64,000 nucleotides of DNA from a virus. The notes under the pieces are model-generated. The model worked only from the letters and a program-made list of their open reading frames with translations, was not told the origin of the DNA and did no database searches. Positions 33,842 through 44,200 of the stretch are shown in pieces (positions within the stretch are counted from its first letter, which is position 1; every line of letters begins with the position of its first letter). The position numbers and the translations under genes are program-made. The stretch lies in IMG/VR virus record IMGVR_UViG_3300037470_000856, positions 64,001-128,000 of that record; one strand, given 5' to 3'.

Positions 33842-36800
33842 CGGCGCAGCTCCTCGATCACCCGGTCGGTCAAGTGTTGTCCCTTGACCGCGAGCTTGGG
33901 GTCCTGGAGGATGATGTGACGAGCCGTCGGCACGATGTGACGACGGTCGGGCCCGGGCAGCTTGAGGACGTCGATGATGCGGGGGTTGTCCACGGGCGGC
34001 TTGATGAGTTTCTCGACGAGCGCGACAGCGTCCTTCTCGGGCATCGAGACGGTCAGGGCTCGCAGGCGGTCGCGTCCCGACGGATCGAGGAAGGAGATCG
34101 GCGTGGAGGCGGGCACGCCCAGCTCGAGCAGGTCGAGCAAGAACTGCACCTTTCGGTTGCGCCGGAGCTGGTTCGCCATGTACGCGGCGAAGGGCTTCTG
34201 CTCCTGGATCATCTCGGACACCACGTCGAGCAGCCCGAGCATCTTCATCTCCTTGAGGGAGCGCCGGGCGGTCGGCTGGTTGAGGACGTCGTTGACGAGG
34301 ATGGACGCGACGGCCTCCCATGGCATGCGCTTGAGCTTGGGCGCGTTCTTGCGGATCGACCGGATCACGTCGGGAGGGATCTTGAACCCGTACTTGCCCG
34401 TGAACTTGATAGCCCGGAGCATGCGCGTGGGGTCGTCGGAAAACACCCGGTCGGGCTCCTGCGGGCACTTGATGACGCGGCGCTTGAGGTCGGCTCGGCC
34501 GCACCCCGTCAGGTCGATGATCTCCGCCTTGTCGGGCCCGTGCGCCAGGTCGAGCATGCGCCACAGCAGCGTGTTGTGGACTACCACCCCGTTTGCAACG
34601 AAGGCCGGCTCGATCCCGTCACCCATCGAGATGTCGAATACGTCTTGGTCTCCGGCGTCCTCAACCGAGACGACCTCAACGTACTGGTATCCCAGTTCAA
34701 ACAACCGTTGGAGTTTGACATGTTCACTTGCGCTGATAGCCATGAGGCTCGCCAGGAACTCCCCGAAATCACCGCGAACGTAAGCGTCGTGCAGAAGTCG
34801 TTTCGGACGGCGGAGCGCCTCCAAAATACCGCTTTCGGCGACCTCACCACCCTCGTCCGTTCGGTACATCGAAGGTCCTTGGTTGTTTCCGACCCGTGTC
34901 CTGCGTCCCTTCAAAAACCCTTGGAGGTGTTCTTTCGGGACCCCATACCGGTTCCGGCTCTTGCAGGTCTGCTGCGCGTAGTCGAACCCCTTGGTCACCA
35001 TCCACGGCTGGATCTTTTCCCACAGGAGGGCCGAGTCCACGGCATTGAGGTAGACGAACCTGTCCTTCACCTTGCTCAGGACGCCGTGAGCACCGAGGAG
35101 CGCCTGCAACTGCTGTCGGACATGAGGCGACGCCGAGCAGAAGGTGATACGACCCGTGTCAAGTCGAATGGAGCCGTCACCCTCGAGGTAGGCGGCCAAG
35201 AAGGCCCACTGACTCCGCTCGTCGGCTTGGAGGATGGACCAAGGCACCACCTTGTGGTGAGAAGGAGACTTTCCATCCCGCGCACCTCCGCAGTACAGGC
35301 CCAGTTCATCCAGCCACCCCACAACTGCCTTGCTGTCGGCGTAGATGTCGTAGCCGTCTGAGTTCGCGACGAACTCGACGCCCCGCAAGACCCTCACCGA
35401 GCCCTTCTCGATCACCTTGTTCTGCAAAGGTTGGAACCCGAACACAGTGTTGAAACACTCGACGTAGCGGGAAATGAGAGCCCGATCCGAGTTGCTGAAT
35501 GACACCCGCTTGTGTGTGTTCGATCCCTCAGCCACCACGCACCCGATCACGAACGCCAGCTCGGGCGTCATCGCTTCGGGTTTGTGCGCCGCCTTGAGAG
35601 TGCCGCGCTTCGGCTGTGCGGGGTCTTTCAACTCCAAAGTCAGCGGCTCCTGCCTCGTCACCTGCCGCACGGGAACGCAGAGAAGGTCGCCCTCTTCAAG
35701 TTGATCGGCCTGCACCCAAACGTGGTTGTGCCCTCGGAGGACCAAGACTGGATGGTGGTGCGTGCAGGAGAAGGAGTGGCCCCACTCGGTCGTCACCCGA
35801 AGCGTAGGGGCACAGCCGCTGTACTGCCACCCCACAGCCACCGCGGGACCGTCTTTCCCCGCCACGGTCAAATTGAGATCCTGATGGTCTCCCTTCTCTC
35901 GAGAGGCGATCTGGTCGATGCGAAGGATGCCCCTCTCCGTAGGAATGAGGGTGTCTCCGGCCATGCAGTTGAAGGTGAACTCCCGGCGCAGGACGTCCTC
36001 CTCGATCGTCGCGGGGGCGACCGAGTGGGGCTTGTACCCCTTGCCGCCGCTGCCCCCGTAGCTCTCCTTGCGGGCGTTGGCGATCTCGAGCACCTCGCCG
36101 TCGAGATCCTCGCCGCCCACGATCCACGGCCCCTTCACGGTCAGGATGGCGACGCCGTACTGGTTCGTCGTTACGTTGGTCGGCGCCGGGATGTTCCGGG
36201 CGATCTGCTTGGCGAGCCAGTCGGAGTCGCGGCCGGCCTTGGTCATGTCGATGACGATGTCGATGTCCTTGATCGGCTGGTTGATCAGAAAGTTGCGCAC
36301 AGCCCCGCCCACGACGTAGGTGTCCCGGCCCACCCCGAGGCGACGGGTGAGATCGGACAGCCACTTCATCAGGGCCACGTTTTTGCGATGGACGGAGCCT
36401 TCCACGGTCAAGGATGCTACCCGACGCCGGATCCACGTCGAGGCGACCTTCGCCGCGGAGGGCCCCATCTTGAGCTTGTGGACCTCGGGGAGCCCCCAAA
36501 CCTCCATCTCGTCGAAGGCCCATGATCCCTCGGGCACGGGGCCGTCCCACTCGGCGTCCATGCCGGGCATGTAGGCGAGGGTGACGTGGGGCTTGTACTC
36601 GGGGAAGCTGTCCCCGACCTCAATGCCCGCGTCGTGGAGCTCCTGCTTGACGCGGTGCTTGAAGCCCGACAGATCCTTGTCGAACTCGACGGCGACGTGC
36701 GGGACGCGGCGATCCTTGTCGTGGTGATCGAAGTACTCGAGTCCGTTGAGCCGCGCCTCGCACTTGGGCCACCACTTGCGGCAGCACTCGCGGAGCACCT

Positions 36801-37944
36801 CGACGAGCTTCTCCTGCTGCTTCTCGCCCTTGAAGTCGCCGATGTAGAGGAACGTGACGTGGCTCGGAGAGTCGTCGTTCTCGCCCAGGCTCGGAAACTT
36901 CTTCGCCAGGTCCTTGGGCAGCGGGATGAACATGCCGACGGACTCGCCGTCCCCGGTCTTGCTTCCCGTGGCCTTGGCTGTCTTGCCCTTGGGGTACTCG
37001 CCGTACTTCTCGCCCACGACGCCGTCGGGCACCCTGCGCTCGCGCACGATGTCCTTCGGCATCTCGGACTTCTCGTTCTTCCAGGCCTCGAAATGCTTCT
37101 CGCAGAACCAGGCGCGCCCGCGACCGTCTGCCCAGATGCCCTCGCGCTCGGGCGGCTTCTCGCATCCGGCGTGCATGCACTTCGACATGCTGTGACGGCT
37201 GGCGGCGTATCTCCAGAGCTGCGCCACCCGGATCGCGGTTTTCCGGCTGCCTCCGCGCCACTCCGCGAACTCCTTCTGCACCTGGGCGCGGAAGTGCGGA
37301 CTCGTTTTGAGCAGCGTGGAGGCAGCTACCTCGGGGTAGCGCTTCCGCGTCTGCGGATTGGTGTTCAGGACCTTCTTCTTGCCACCGTCGTAGCGTTCCG
37401 CGAGGAACTGCTCCCACTCGGCGCTGGTGGGCTTGCCAGGGTCCTTGGGAGGCTCCTTCTTGGGAGGCTCCTTCTTGGGCTCGGGCTTTTTCTTCGGCTG
37501 CTCCTCGGAGGCCGGCCCCACACGCTCTCCGTGGAGCGCGTTCTTGCCTCGGCCCAACTGGCTCGACGGGCGGTCCACGAGGGCGAACAGGCGTCCTCGA
37601 TCCACAAATCTCAGACCGTGCTTCGGGGCCACGTCCGAGAATTCCATGAGGGGGCCCGAGAACAGGGAGGAGCCGTCGGGCTTCTTGATGTGCACCTCGG
37701 TGTTCGTCACCTTGTCGGCCCACGCCTTGGCCTCGTCCTCCGTCTTGAACCCTTGCAAGACGGCGCCGCCCCTCTGCTGGTGCGCGATCGCCTTGTGCCG
37801 GTCCACCACGCGGACGGGGCCCGAGGGCCACTGGTTCGGGTTCACGTCGGCGACGACGGCGTAGTTGGCCTTCGCCTTCGCCACCCGCACGCGCAGCCAA
37901 GAGTTTGCGGCTTTCGTGAAGTTCTGAATTGCGGAACGCGGCAC
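33838..37944 (-). CDS. Multidomain protein: repeat module + 2H phosphoesterase + class II CCA/poly(A)-type nucleotidyltransferase with intein
   Basis: HVTF and HVTL (two HxT motifs); VVGGAVRN...DIDI, EDVLRREFTFN, DDPTRMLRAIKF. Confidence 0.9.
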   Translation of the reverse strand: MPRSAIQNFTKAANSWLRVRVAKAKANYAVVADVNPNQWPSGPVRVVDRHKAIAHQQRGGAVLQGFKTEDEAKAWADKVTNTEVHIKKPDGSSLFSGPLMEFSDVAPKHGLRFVDRGRLFALVDRPSSQLGRGKNALHGERVGPASEEQPKKKPEPKKEPPKKEPPKDPGKPTSAEWEQFLAERYDGGKKKVLNTNPQTRKRYPEVAASTLLKTSPHFRAQVQKEFAEWRGGSRKTAIRVAQLWRYAASRHSMSKCMHAGCEKPPEREGIWADGRGRAWFCEKHFEAWKNEKSEMPKDIVRERRVPDGVVGEKYGEYPKGKTAKATGSKTGDGESVGMFIPLPKDLAKKFPSLGENDDSPSHVTFLYIGDFKGEKQQEKLVEVLRECCRKWWPKCEARLNGLEYFDHHDKDRRVPHVAVEFDKDLSGFKHRVKQELHDAGIEVGDSFPEYKPHVTLAYMPGMDAEWDGPVPEGSWAFDEMEVWGLPEVHKLKMGPSAAKVASTWIRRRVASLTVEGSVHRKNVALMKWLSDLTRRLGVGRDTYVVGGAVRNFLINQPIKDIDIVIDMTKAGRDSDWLAKQIARNIPAPTNVTTNQYGVAILTVKGPWIVGGEDLDGEVLEIANARKESYGGSGGKGYKPHSVAPATIEEDVLRREFTFNCMAGDTLIPTERGILRIDQIASREKGDHQDLNLTVAGKDGPAVAVGWQYSGCAPTLRVTTEWGHSFSCTHHHPVLVLRGHNHVWVQADQLEEGDLLCVPVRQVTRQEPLTLELKDPAQPKRGTLKAAHKPEAMTPELAFVIGCVVAEGSNTHKRVSFSNSDRALISRYVECFNTVFGFQPLQNKVIEKGSVRVLRGVEFVANSDGYDIYADSKAVVGWLDELGLYCGGARDGKSPSHHKVVPWSILQADERSQWAFLAAYLEGDGSIRLDTGRITFCSASPHVRQQLQALLGAHGVLSKVKDRFVYLNAVDSALLWEKIQPWMVTKGFDYAQQTCKSRNRYGVPKEHLQGFLKGRRTRVGNNQGPSMYRTDEGGEVAESGILEALRRPKRLLHDAYVRGDFGEFLASLMAISASEHVKLQRLFELGYQYVEVVSVEDAGDQDVFDISMGDGIEPAFVANGVVVHNTLLWRMLDLAHGPDKAEIIDLTGCGRADLKRRVIKCPQEPDRVFSDDPTRMLRAIKFTGKYGFKIPPDVIRSIRKNAPKLKRMPWEAVASILVNDVLNQPTARRSLKEMKMLGLLDVVSEMIQEQKPFAAYMANQLRRNRKVQFLLDLLELGVPASTPISFLDPSGRDRLRALTVSMPEKDAVALVEKLIKPPVDNPRIIDVLKLPGPDRRHIVPTARHIILQDPKLAVKGQHLTDRVIEELRR
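34573..35967 (-). mobile_element. Intein with LAGLIDADG endonuclease in the CCA-type nucleotidyltransferase (465 aa)
   Basis: Begins CMAGDTLI, has CTHHHP and VIGCVVAEG / FLAAYLEGDG, ends VVHN followed by Thr. Confidence 0.95.
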
Positions 37945-37970
37945 GCGGAAGGTCTCCGCTAGACGGGACG

Positions 37971-37986
37971 CGATAGACCGAAAACC
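37971..37986 (-). promoter_or_regulatory. Putative phage late promoter (copy 3)
   Basis: Minus strand GGTTTTCGGTCTATCG, about 28 nt upstream of the start at 37944. Confidence 0.55.
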
Positions 37987-37990
37987 GTCG

Positions 37991-38527
37991 CTAAAACCCG
38001 CTTGGCCGTGATCTTCGCCGGGCCTGTCGGGCGGCTTCCTCAGCGGCCGCGGCCTCCTGCTCGAGCATCTCGGCCTCGCTCTCCGCGAGCTCGCGGGCGT
38101 GCTCCACCTGATCCCTTGCGTGCCGTGCCTGCTTCCGGGCCGTCTCGGCCCGACCCTCGGCGATCTCGGCCTTGGCTTCGCCGAACGACTGCACCCGCAT
38201 CTTGCGGCCTCCCGTCATTGGAGAATGCACATGGTCGGGAGGTACCGGAACGAAGGGCCCCGTCAGGTTCCTCGGATCGGCCGGCACCGTGATTCCCCCC
38301 ATGTCGGGAATCGGAGGGCCTTCGTGGTAGGCCCCGCGCTCGGGGTATTCCTCGGCCACGCGATGACCTTCTCGGGCCTGCTCCATCTGGCGCTGGATGA
38401 CGCCCCTGGTCGGCGCGAGCACCTCGACGATGTGCTCCTCGGGATCCCCGTCTCCGGGCATCATGGAGGTGCGGTTCTCGATGAGTGCGTGGAGGGTCTC
38501 AATCTCCTCGTCCAAAAGGTCGGTCAC
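37991..38527 (-). CDS. Hypothetical protein
   Basis: 178 aa, coupled to the portal stop. Confidence 0.75.
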   Translation of the reverse strand: MTDLLDEEIETLHALIENRTSMMPGDGDPEEHIVEVLAPTRGVIQRQMEQAREGHRVAEEYPERGAYHEGPPIPDMGGITVPADPRNLTGPFVPVPPDHVHSPMTGGRKMRVQSFGEAKAEIAEGRAETARKQARHARDQVEHARELAESEAEMLEQEAAAAEEAARQARRRSRPSGF

Positions 38528-40506
38528 TCTTCGCTCTTCTTCCTGGTCCCGATCAGACGCTCGACCACCGCGTCGGCGATCTTGGCGACCATGTCGTCGG
38601 AGAGCTCAAGGGCCTTGGCGGAGGCGGTCCGGAGCGATGCGAAACGTCCCATGGGCCCCTCCTCCGGCTTCGTGTAGTCGAGCCCGAGCCGCTCGGCGAT
38701 CTTCTCGGCGATGTTGGAGTTCTCGGCGAGCTGGTCTCCAGTGCGACCGTAGACGGACCGAAGCACCTCGTTGAACTGCGCGTCGTTGAAGGTGGCGAAG
38801 TCCCGCTCGAGGCGCTCCTTGACCACCACGGGGTCGATGTTGAGCAGGTCGAGGATGGTCTCGACGTCCAGGGACCCCTTCTGGTAGAGTTGCATGAGCG
38901 CATCGAAGGTGTCCTGGTTGTCCCGGAGCGCGAGCCTCGTGAAACTCAGCTTCGGGTAGATGACGACCATTTCGCCGTCCGCGTCCTTCTCCACGAATCC
39001 CATGCGGCGGCACATGGGCTTGAAGAAGTACTGCTCGACGAGACGCTGCACGTTCTCGCGCAGCAGCATGTAGCGCGTGTTGATGACCTCGAGGTTGATC
39101 CGGTCACCGCTGTAGGAGGACTCGCCGTTGAGCAGCGTCTCGGTCACGCCGAGGCCCGCGTAGAGCTGCCGGCTGATCAGGTCGTACTCGCCGGTGAGCT
39201 CGAGCAGGCGCCCGTTCGAGTTCATCTCCTCCCAGGTGACCGGGAAGTTCGTGACGATCGAGTAATCCGGGTCCTGAAGCGCAAGGTCAATCTGGTCGCG
39301 CAGGTTCTCCGTGTCAGACTCGCTCATGTCCTCCGCGTACACGAGCCGCACGGGCGTCATGTGGCGCGAGGCGATGGATGTCTGTGCCTGGCGGAGTTTG
39401 TCGAAGTAGACGAGGACGCGGAGGCAGCGCTGGAGGATGCTGTGGCCGCGAGGCTCGTACTGCGACTTCTTGTTCGCCATGTAGTGGACGAACGAACCCC
39501 CGTCGGGGTCCGTCGAAAGCGGAATGTTGTCGCCTCGACGCAGGGCTTCGACGACGACGGGGTCCATCGACTCGGCGACGCGCTGCGCGTTCCTGTCGCC
39601 CTGCTCCGCCATCTCGAGAACGTGTTTCGTCTTCGCGTCGGGGATCAACTCGATGATGACTTGGTCCGTGAACGGGAAAGTCTGGATGTGCACCTGCTCG
39701 GGAGGCAGGATGCGGATGTTCGTGAGACCCCGGTAGTTCTGCTTGAGCCAGTCGACCGCGAGGTCGTCGGCCTCGTCTCGCTCGACCCACTCCTCCCTCA
39801 GCGTGCTGTCGCGCTCGACGCGACGCACGATCTTCTCCCGGATCTCCCGAGGCATCTCCGGGTTTCCATCCTCGCAGAAGATGAACACCTCGCCGATGAG
39901 AAAGTAGTCGTGGACGATCTCGAGCAGCCGCTGCAGCAGCCCGATGTTCTCCACCCACTTCTCGCAGAACCTCAGGGCCCTGTCCGCGAGGTCCCGGCTC
40001 TTGGCCTTCGGACGCGCGAGCCGGACCTTCGACAGGGGAAGCTCCGTGTGCAGGTCGATGGCCTGCCCGACGAACGGCTCGTTGTTATAGAAGAACCGGT
40101 AGTAGTTCCACTGCTCGTTGAGCGACTGTGGGAGCTCGAGGAAGTCGGGGGACAACTCGGGCGAGTAGAAGTTGCCCGCGGACGCCTGCGAGACCGCGCC
40201 GGGTCCCGCGTTGCCCCCGAAACCTCCGCCCCCTCCGAAACCTCCGCCCCCTCCGACCACGCCGCCACCGAAGCCAGTACCCCCGAACGAACCGGAGCCC
40301 GGGCCGCAGGAGGCAGCCACCTTGGCGCGGAAGCTCGTGGTCGCCTTCGACCTCATGGAGCCGACAACGACGCGCGATGGCTTGCCCACGCGGACGTGGG
40401 TCCGGTGGTTGGGCACCTCTGCGACGACGCGCTCGTCCTCGTTCCGCCGCGTAGACGCGACGGTCGCGGGGCCTGCGATCGCCTTACCTGATCCTTCCGC
40501 TGGCAT
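38524..40506 (-). CDS. Portal protein
   Basis: FYNNEPFVGQAIDLHTELPLS, YFLIGEVF, PRGHSILQR, LYAGLGV..LL.GE..Y; lies near the terminase gene. Confidence 0.8.
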   Translation of the reverse strand: MPAEGSGKAIAGPATVASTRRNEDERVVAEVPNHRTHVRVGKPSRVVVGSMRSKATTSFRAKVAASCGPGSGSFGGTGFGGGVVGGGGGFGGGGGFGGNAGPGAVSQASAGNFYSPELSPDFLELPQSLNEQWNYYRFFYNNEPFVGQAIDLHTELPLSKVRLARPKAKSRDLADRALRFCEKWVENIGLLQRLLEIVHDYFLIGEVFIFCEDGNPEMPREIREKIVRRVERDSTLREEWVERDEADDLAVDWLKQNYRGLTNIRILPPEQVHIQTFPFTDQVIIELIPDAKTKHVLEMAEQGDRNAQRVAESMDPVVVEALRRGDNIPLSTDPDGGSFVHYMANKKSQYEPRGHSILQRCLRVLVYFDKLRQAQTSIASRHMTPVRLVYAEDMSESDTENLRDQIDLALQDPDYSIVTNFPVTWEEMNSNGRLLELTGEYDLISRQLYAGLGVTETLLNGESSYSGDRINLEVINTRYMLLRENVQRLVEQYFFKPMCRRMGFVEKDADGEMVVIYPKLSFTRLALRDNQDTFDALMQLYQKGSLDVETILDLLNIDPVVVKERLERDFATFNDAQFNEVLRSVYGRTGDQLAENSNIAEKIAERLGLDYTKPEEGPMGRFASLRTASAKALELSDDMVAKIADAVVERLIGTRKKSEE

Positions 40507-40547
40507 TGCTGCTCATCTCCTGTGGTCCTGTATTCTGTGGGTGCAGA

Positions 40548-41006
40548 TCACCCGACGTCGAGATCGAGATCGACCTCCACGTTGGCTTCGTCAAGCTCGG
40601 TCGTGCGAACGCGGCGAAGACAGTTCATGGCGTCCTTAATGGCACGGATGATCTGGACCTGAGCGCGGTGCTCGGCGCTGTGGCGAGGGAGGGAGACCTC
40701 GCACGCGTCCCGGAGAGCGGCCCGCAAGGAGCAACTGGCCGCGAGAATGTGCCTTGTCGCTCGGACGTTGGCCTCGTTCAGGGTCCGCAGACGGCGTCCC
40801 TTCTGGTCTCGGGCCTCGCGAATGGACGTCTCCCGGCGGCGTTCCTGCTTCTCGTGCCGGACCCGTCGCCGTTTTGCGGCCTCACGCTCCTGGAGCCCCA
40901 GGAGCTCCAGGCGGTGCGCTTCGACCTGCGCGAGGATAACCTCCCGGATCGTCTGGCGATCGACGGGAAGTTCACGGTCCTGGTCGTTGTCCTGACCTTC
41001 AGACAT
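40548..41006 (-). CDS. Hypothetical protein (basic, helical)
   Basis: 152-aa ORF in the terminase-portal operon. Confidence 0.7.
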   Translation of the reverse strand: MSEGQDNDQDRELPVDRQTIREVILAQVEAHRLELLGLQEREAAKRRRVRHEKQERRRETSIREARDQKGRRLRTLNEANVRATRHILAASCSLRAALRDACEVSLPRHSAEHRAQVQIIRAIKDAMNCLRRVRTTELDEANVEVDLDLDVG

Positions 41007-41015
41007 CTCGACACC

Positions 41016-41273
41016 CTACCGAAAAGACGGCTCCTTGGTGACGTAACCGTGCTTGACGGCCAGCTTGAGAATCTTGCGGAGAAGCACCACGTCGCGAGCC
41101 GATCCCCTGAACAGGCGCTCCCACGAGCCGCCGGCTCGGGCGAACGCGCGGGCCACCCTGTCGAACTCCTTCGGCAGATGAAGGCACTTCGGCTTCATGA
41201 AATTGTCGAGTTGATAGGCGATGAACCGGTGGTCCGCCCGGTTGGGGTCGCCCGGCATGATCCCCTTCGCCAT
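41016..41273 (-). CDS. Hypothetical protein
   Basis: 85-aa ORF directly after the terminase gene. Confidence 0.7.
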   Translation of the reverse strand: MAKGIMPGDPNRADHRFIAYQLDNFMKPKCLHLPKEFDRVARAFARAGGSWERLFRGSARDVVLLRKILKLAVKHGYVTKEPSFR

Positions 41274-41276
41274 GGC

Positions 41277-44200
41277 CTATCGCCCCCGCCTGCGAGGAAC
41301 CTGCCGCTTCGGGTCGGAGCCGCCGAGCAGCCTCTTCCTGTGGTTGATGCGTCGGACCTTGGCCGAGACGCCGGGCTGGTTCGGATCGGCGTTCGTCTGG
41401 GAGCCCGCGATGTGCTTCAGCTTCCCAAGATGCATACTCGCGAGATAGAGCGAGCGCGCGAGCGCGTCCGCCATATCGTCGTGCTTCCCGTCGGACTGCG
41501 GCGCCTGGACGTCGATGATGTACTTGGCCTTGTAGGTCGCTTGGAGGGAGCGGATCTCCTCAAGGTACTCAAGGTGCTCGGGAGGGGTCTCCTCGCGCCG
41601 GAGGTATGCCTGCTTCTCCTGGTCGGTGATGTCGTAGAGGGAGAGGCGCGACGTATCACCGACGCGGTCCCACAACAGCGACTTGAAGTTCTGCCAGATC
41701 TGGCTCTTCTCGGTCTGCGAGAAGAGTTTGCCCTCGAGCATGGTCAGGCCCTTCTTAGCGAGCGCCTGCTCAAGGGGGATGGCGCCCCACTGGTCGAAGA
41801 GGCCCTTGTAGAACCGGAAGCGGCGGGAGAGCAGGTAGATCCAGTTGGCGACGTCCTCGAACTCAAGCCGGTCCTTGTCGATGAACTCGCCCTCGCCGGC
41901 CTTCATCTTGCCGATGAAGTCGAGGATGATGCGGCCCTGCGGGTCGATGTGCGTGATGGCGATCGACGAGGCGTCGTGGACGAGGCCGAGGTCGAACCCG
42001 ACGAAGTACGCCTGCCGAGGCTCCCCGCGGTGACGTGGGCGAAGGTTCTTGTCGATGCAGTCCCACAGATCCTGGTCCGAGTCGAGCCAGCCGAGGGTGC
42101 GGTCGGTGAACTCAGCCCCGAACTCAACCTGGAACTTGCGCGGGTCGAAGGCGTACTCCTCCTTGAACGCGGCCGCGGACATGGTCGGGTTCACCTCCCA
42201 CGTCGGCGCCTGCACGGCGAGCATGTTGCGGGTAGAGTCCCCCCCGTTCATCGCCTGCTTGAACTTGTCGTAGAAAAGACCCTGCTTGCCGAGGGGGCTC
42301 GAGATCATGATGATCCGGCCCTCGGACTCGGTGTCATCGCCGTCGGCCGGGTTGCCGAACGCGTCCTTCGGAGTGAACGTCTTGTTCGACGGCGACAGGG
42401 CCGTGTAGACCTCCTCGGCCGAGCTGCCGCCCTGCTCGAGGAAGTGCGCGACCTCGTCGAGGATGATGACGATGTTGCCCGGACCGCGGAGGCTCTTGGC
42501 GTTGCAGGCCGCGAACGAGACGCGCACGGAGGCGCGGGCCCGGGGGTTCTCGACGTAGGAACCGAACTCCTCGATGTCGTACGGAGTCTGGAAACGCGCG
42601 TAGGAGAGGGTGTTGTTCGCCGTGTACCGCTTGAAGAACGAGCACTTGGCGAAGTGGTGGCTCACCTCCTCGTAAAGAAGACCCGCCTGGTCCTTGCCCG
42701 TCGCCACCGAGAGGAGGCGGATCGGGTTGGAGGGGGCGAGCCCGTAATACCTCTGCGGGTTGCCTTTGTTGATCAGCTTGTACGTCTCGTACGCGGAGAT
42801 GCACGCGGAGATCGTCGTGTTGTGATTGGTCAGACCGTTGGCCACGAAGCTCTCGCCCTCGGGCACGTTGAGATCGTAGACCTCGTCATGGTCCTCCACC
42901 ACGAACTCGACGGGATCGTAGAAGTAATCGGCGGAGAAAATCTCGTCGAAATGCTCGATGAAGTCACGAGACGCTCCTTGGCCCAGGGCCACCGGTCGCG
43001 CCTCCCTCCAACGGGGGTAGGTCATCTCGTCGGGCGCAGAGAGCTTGATCGTGTTGCCGAGTTTGTCGCGCAGCTTGGACCGTTGCCAGCCATTGCCCAT
43101 GCTTTTGTGCTCCGTGGGAACGGAGTCCAGCAGTCTCCGGCACCACGAGCGCTGGTGAGGAACACCCTCCGTGTCGCCCCTCTCTCGGGACACCGACCGA
43201 ATCTTTGCGACAAGAGGGGCCATCTTCTTGCGCGTCATGAACCCCACGCGCTCAGCAAACATCGTGCGCGACCGCAACCCCCGAATCGTGAGGACGTGGT
43301 AGTCGCGTCGATGCTTCTTGTTCCACTTGGCCTTGCGACGGCTCACAATGCCCAAGTTAAGGAGCAACACCTGAACCTCGCGAGCAAGACGCTCGCTGGC
43401 CGTCGAGAACGAGACGGTGTTTCCGACTGACTCGACGTCTCCGTCCGTCTCGAACAGACCCCGCAGGAACGCCTGCACGACAGGTACCGGAGACTTCATG
43501 ATCGACCACGGGACGTGCTTGCTGTACCGGTCGCAGTCCCAGTCCCACCCCAGCTCGTGCAGGAATTCGCGAGCGGCCACGCTGTGAAAGCGCAACGCAC
43601 CCGTGTTCTCCGTCCTCTTGTCCATCGTGCGTGTGGATGGCCCGAGCAGCTCCTCGAAGAGACCCTCAGCCAGTTCCCACATCTCGTCGTGCTCGACGGT
43701 CATGCAGATGCCGTTCTGGGGCTTCCAGTGACCGTCTCCCACCAGCATCCCGAGAAGGAGGCCCCACTTCTCGTCGACGTGAGCTGGGAATTGAACGTTC
43801 TTGCGTCCCGGATGAAGCAGACGCTCGACAACATCGGTCGTCGAGACCTGTTCGGACGCCCACAGATCCGTCCCACGGTGAACCGCGATCTGATCTCTCT
43901 CACGGATCTCGTCCAGCCTGCGCCAGTCGATGACCCCTTCCTCCGTCATAACCCTGACGCGGTGGTTGGGGGTGCCCGCGATCTCGTACCCGCAGTGCGT
44001 CTTGACTCGACGAATCTCTCGGTGGCCTCCTCGATAGAAGTAGGCCGACTTGCTGCGCTTCCGTGCCCCCTCCTGTGCGACGGTGATCTCGAGAGGGAAG
44101 TGCTCCTCGCCAGGGTACTGAACCCACGACAAGAAATCGTCGAAGCTGTCGATCCTGACCACTCCTTGGTCGGTGAAAACGAGAGTGTCGCCGACAACAC

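Noticed and set aside
33842-34564. N-terminal 241 aa of the 2260-aa ORF call
   Set aside because: It overlaps the CCA domain in another frame. The GTGA overlap at 33838-33841 gives a better start.
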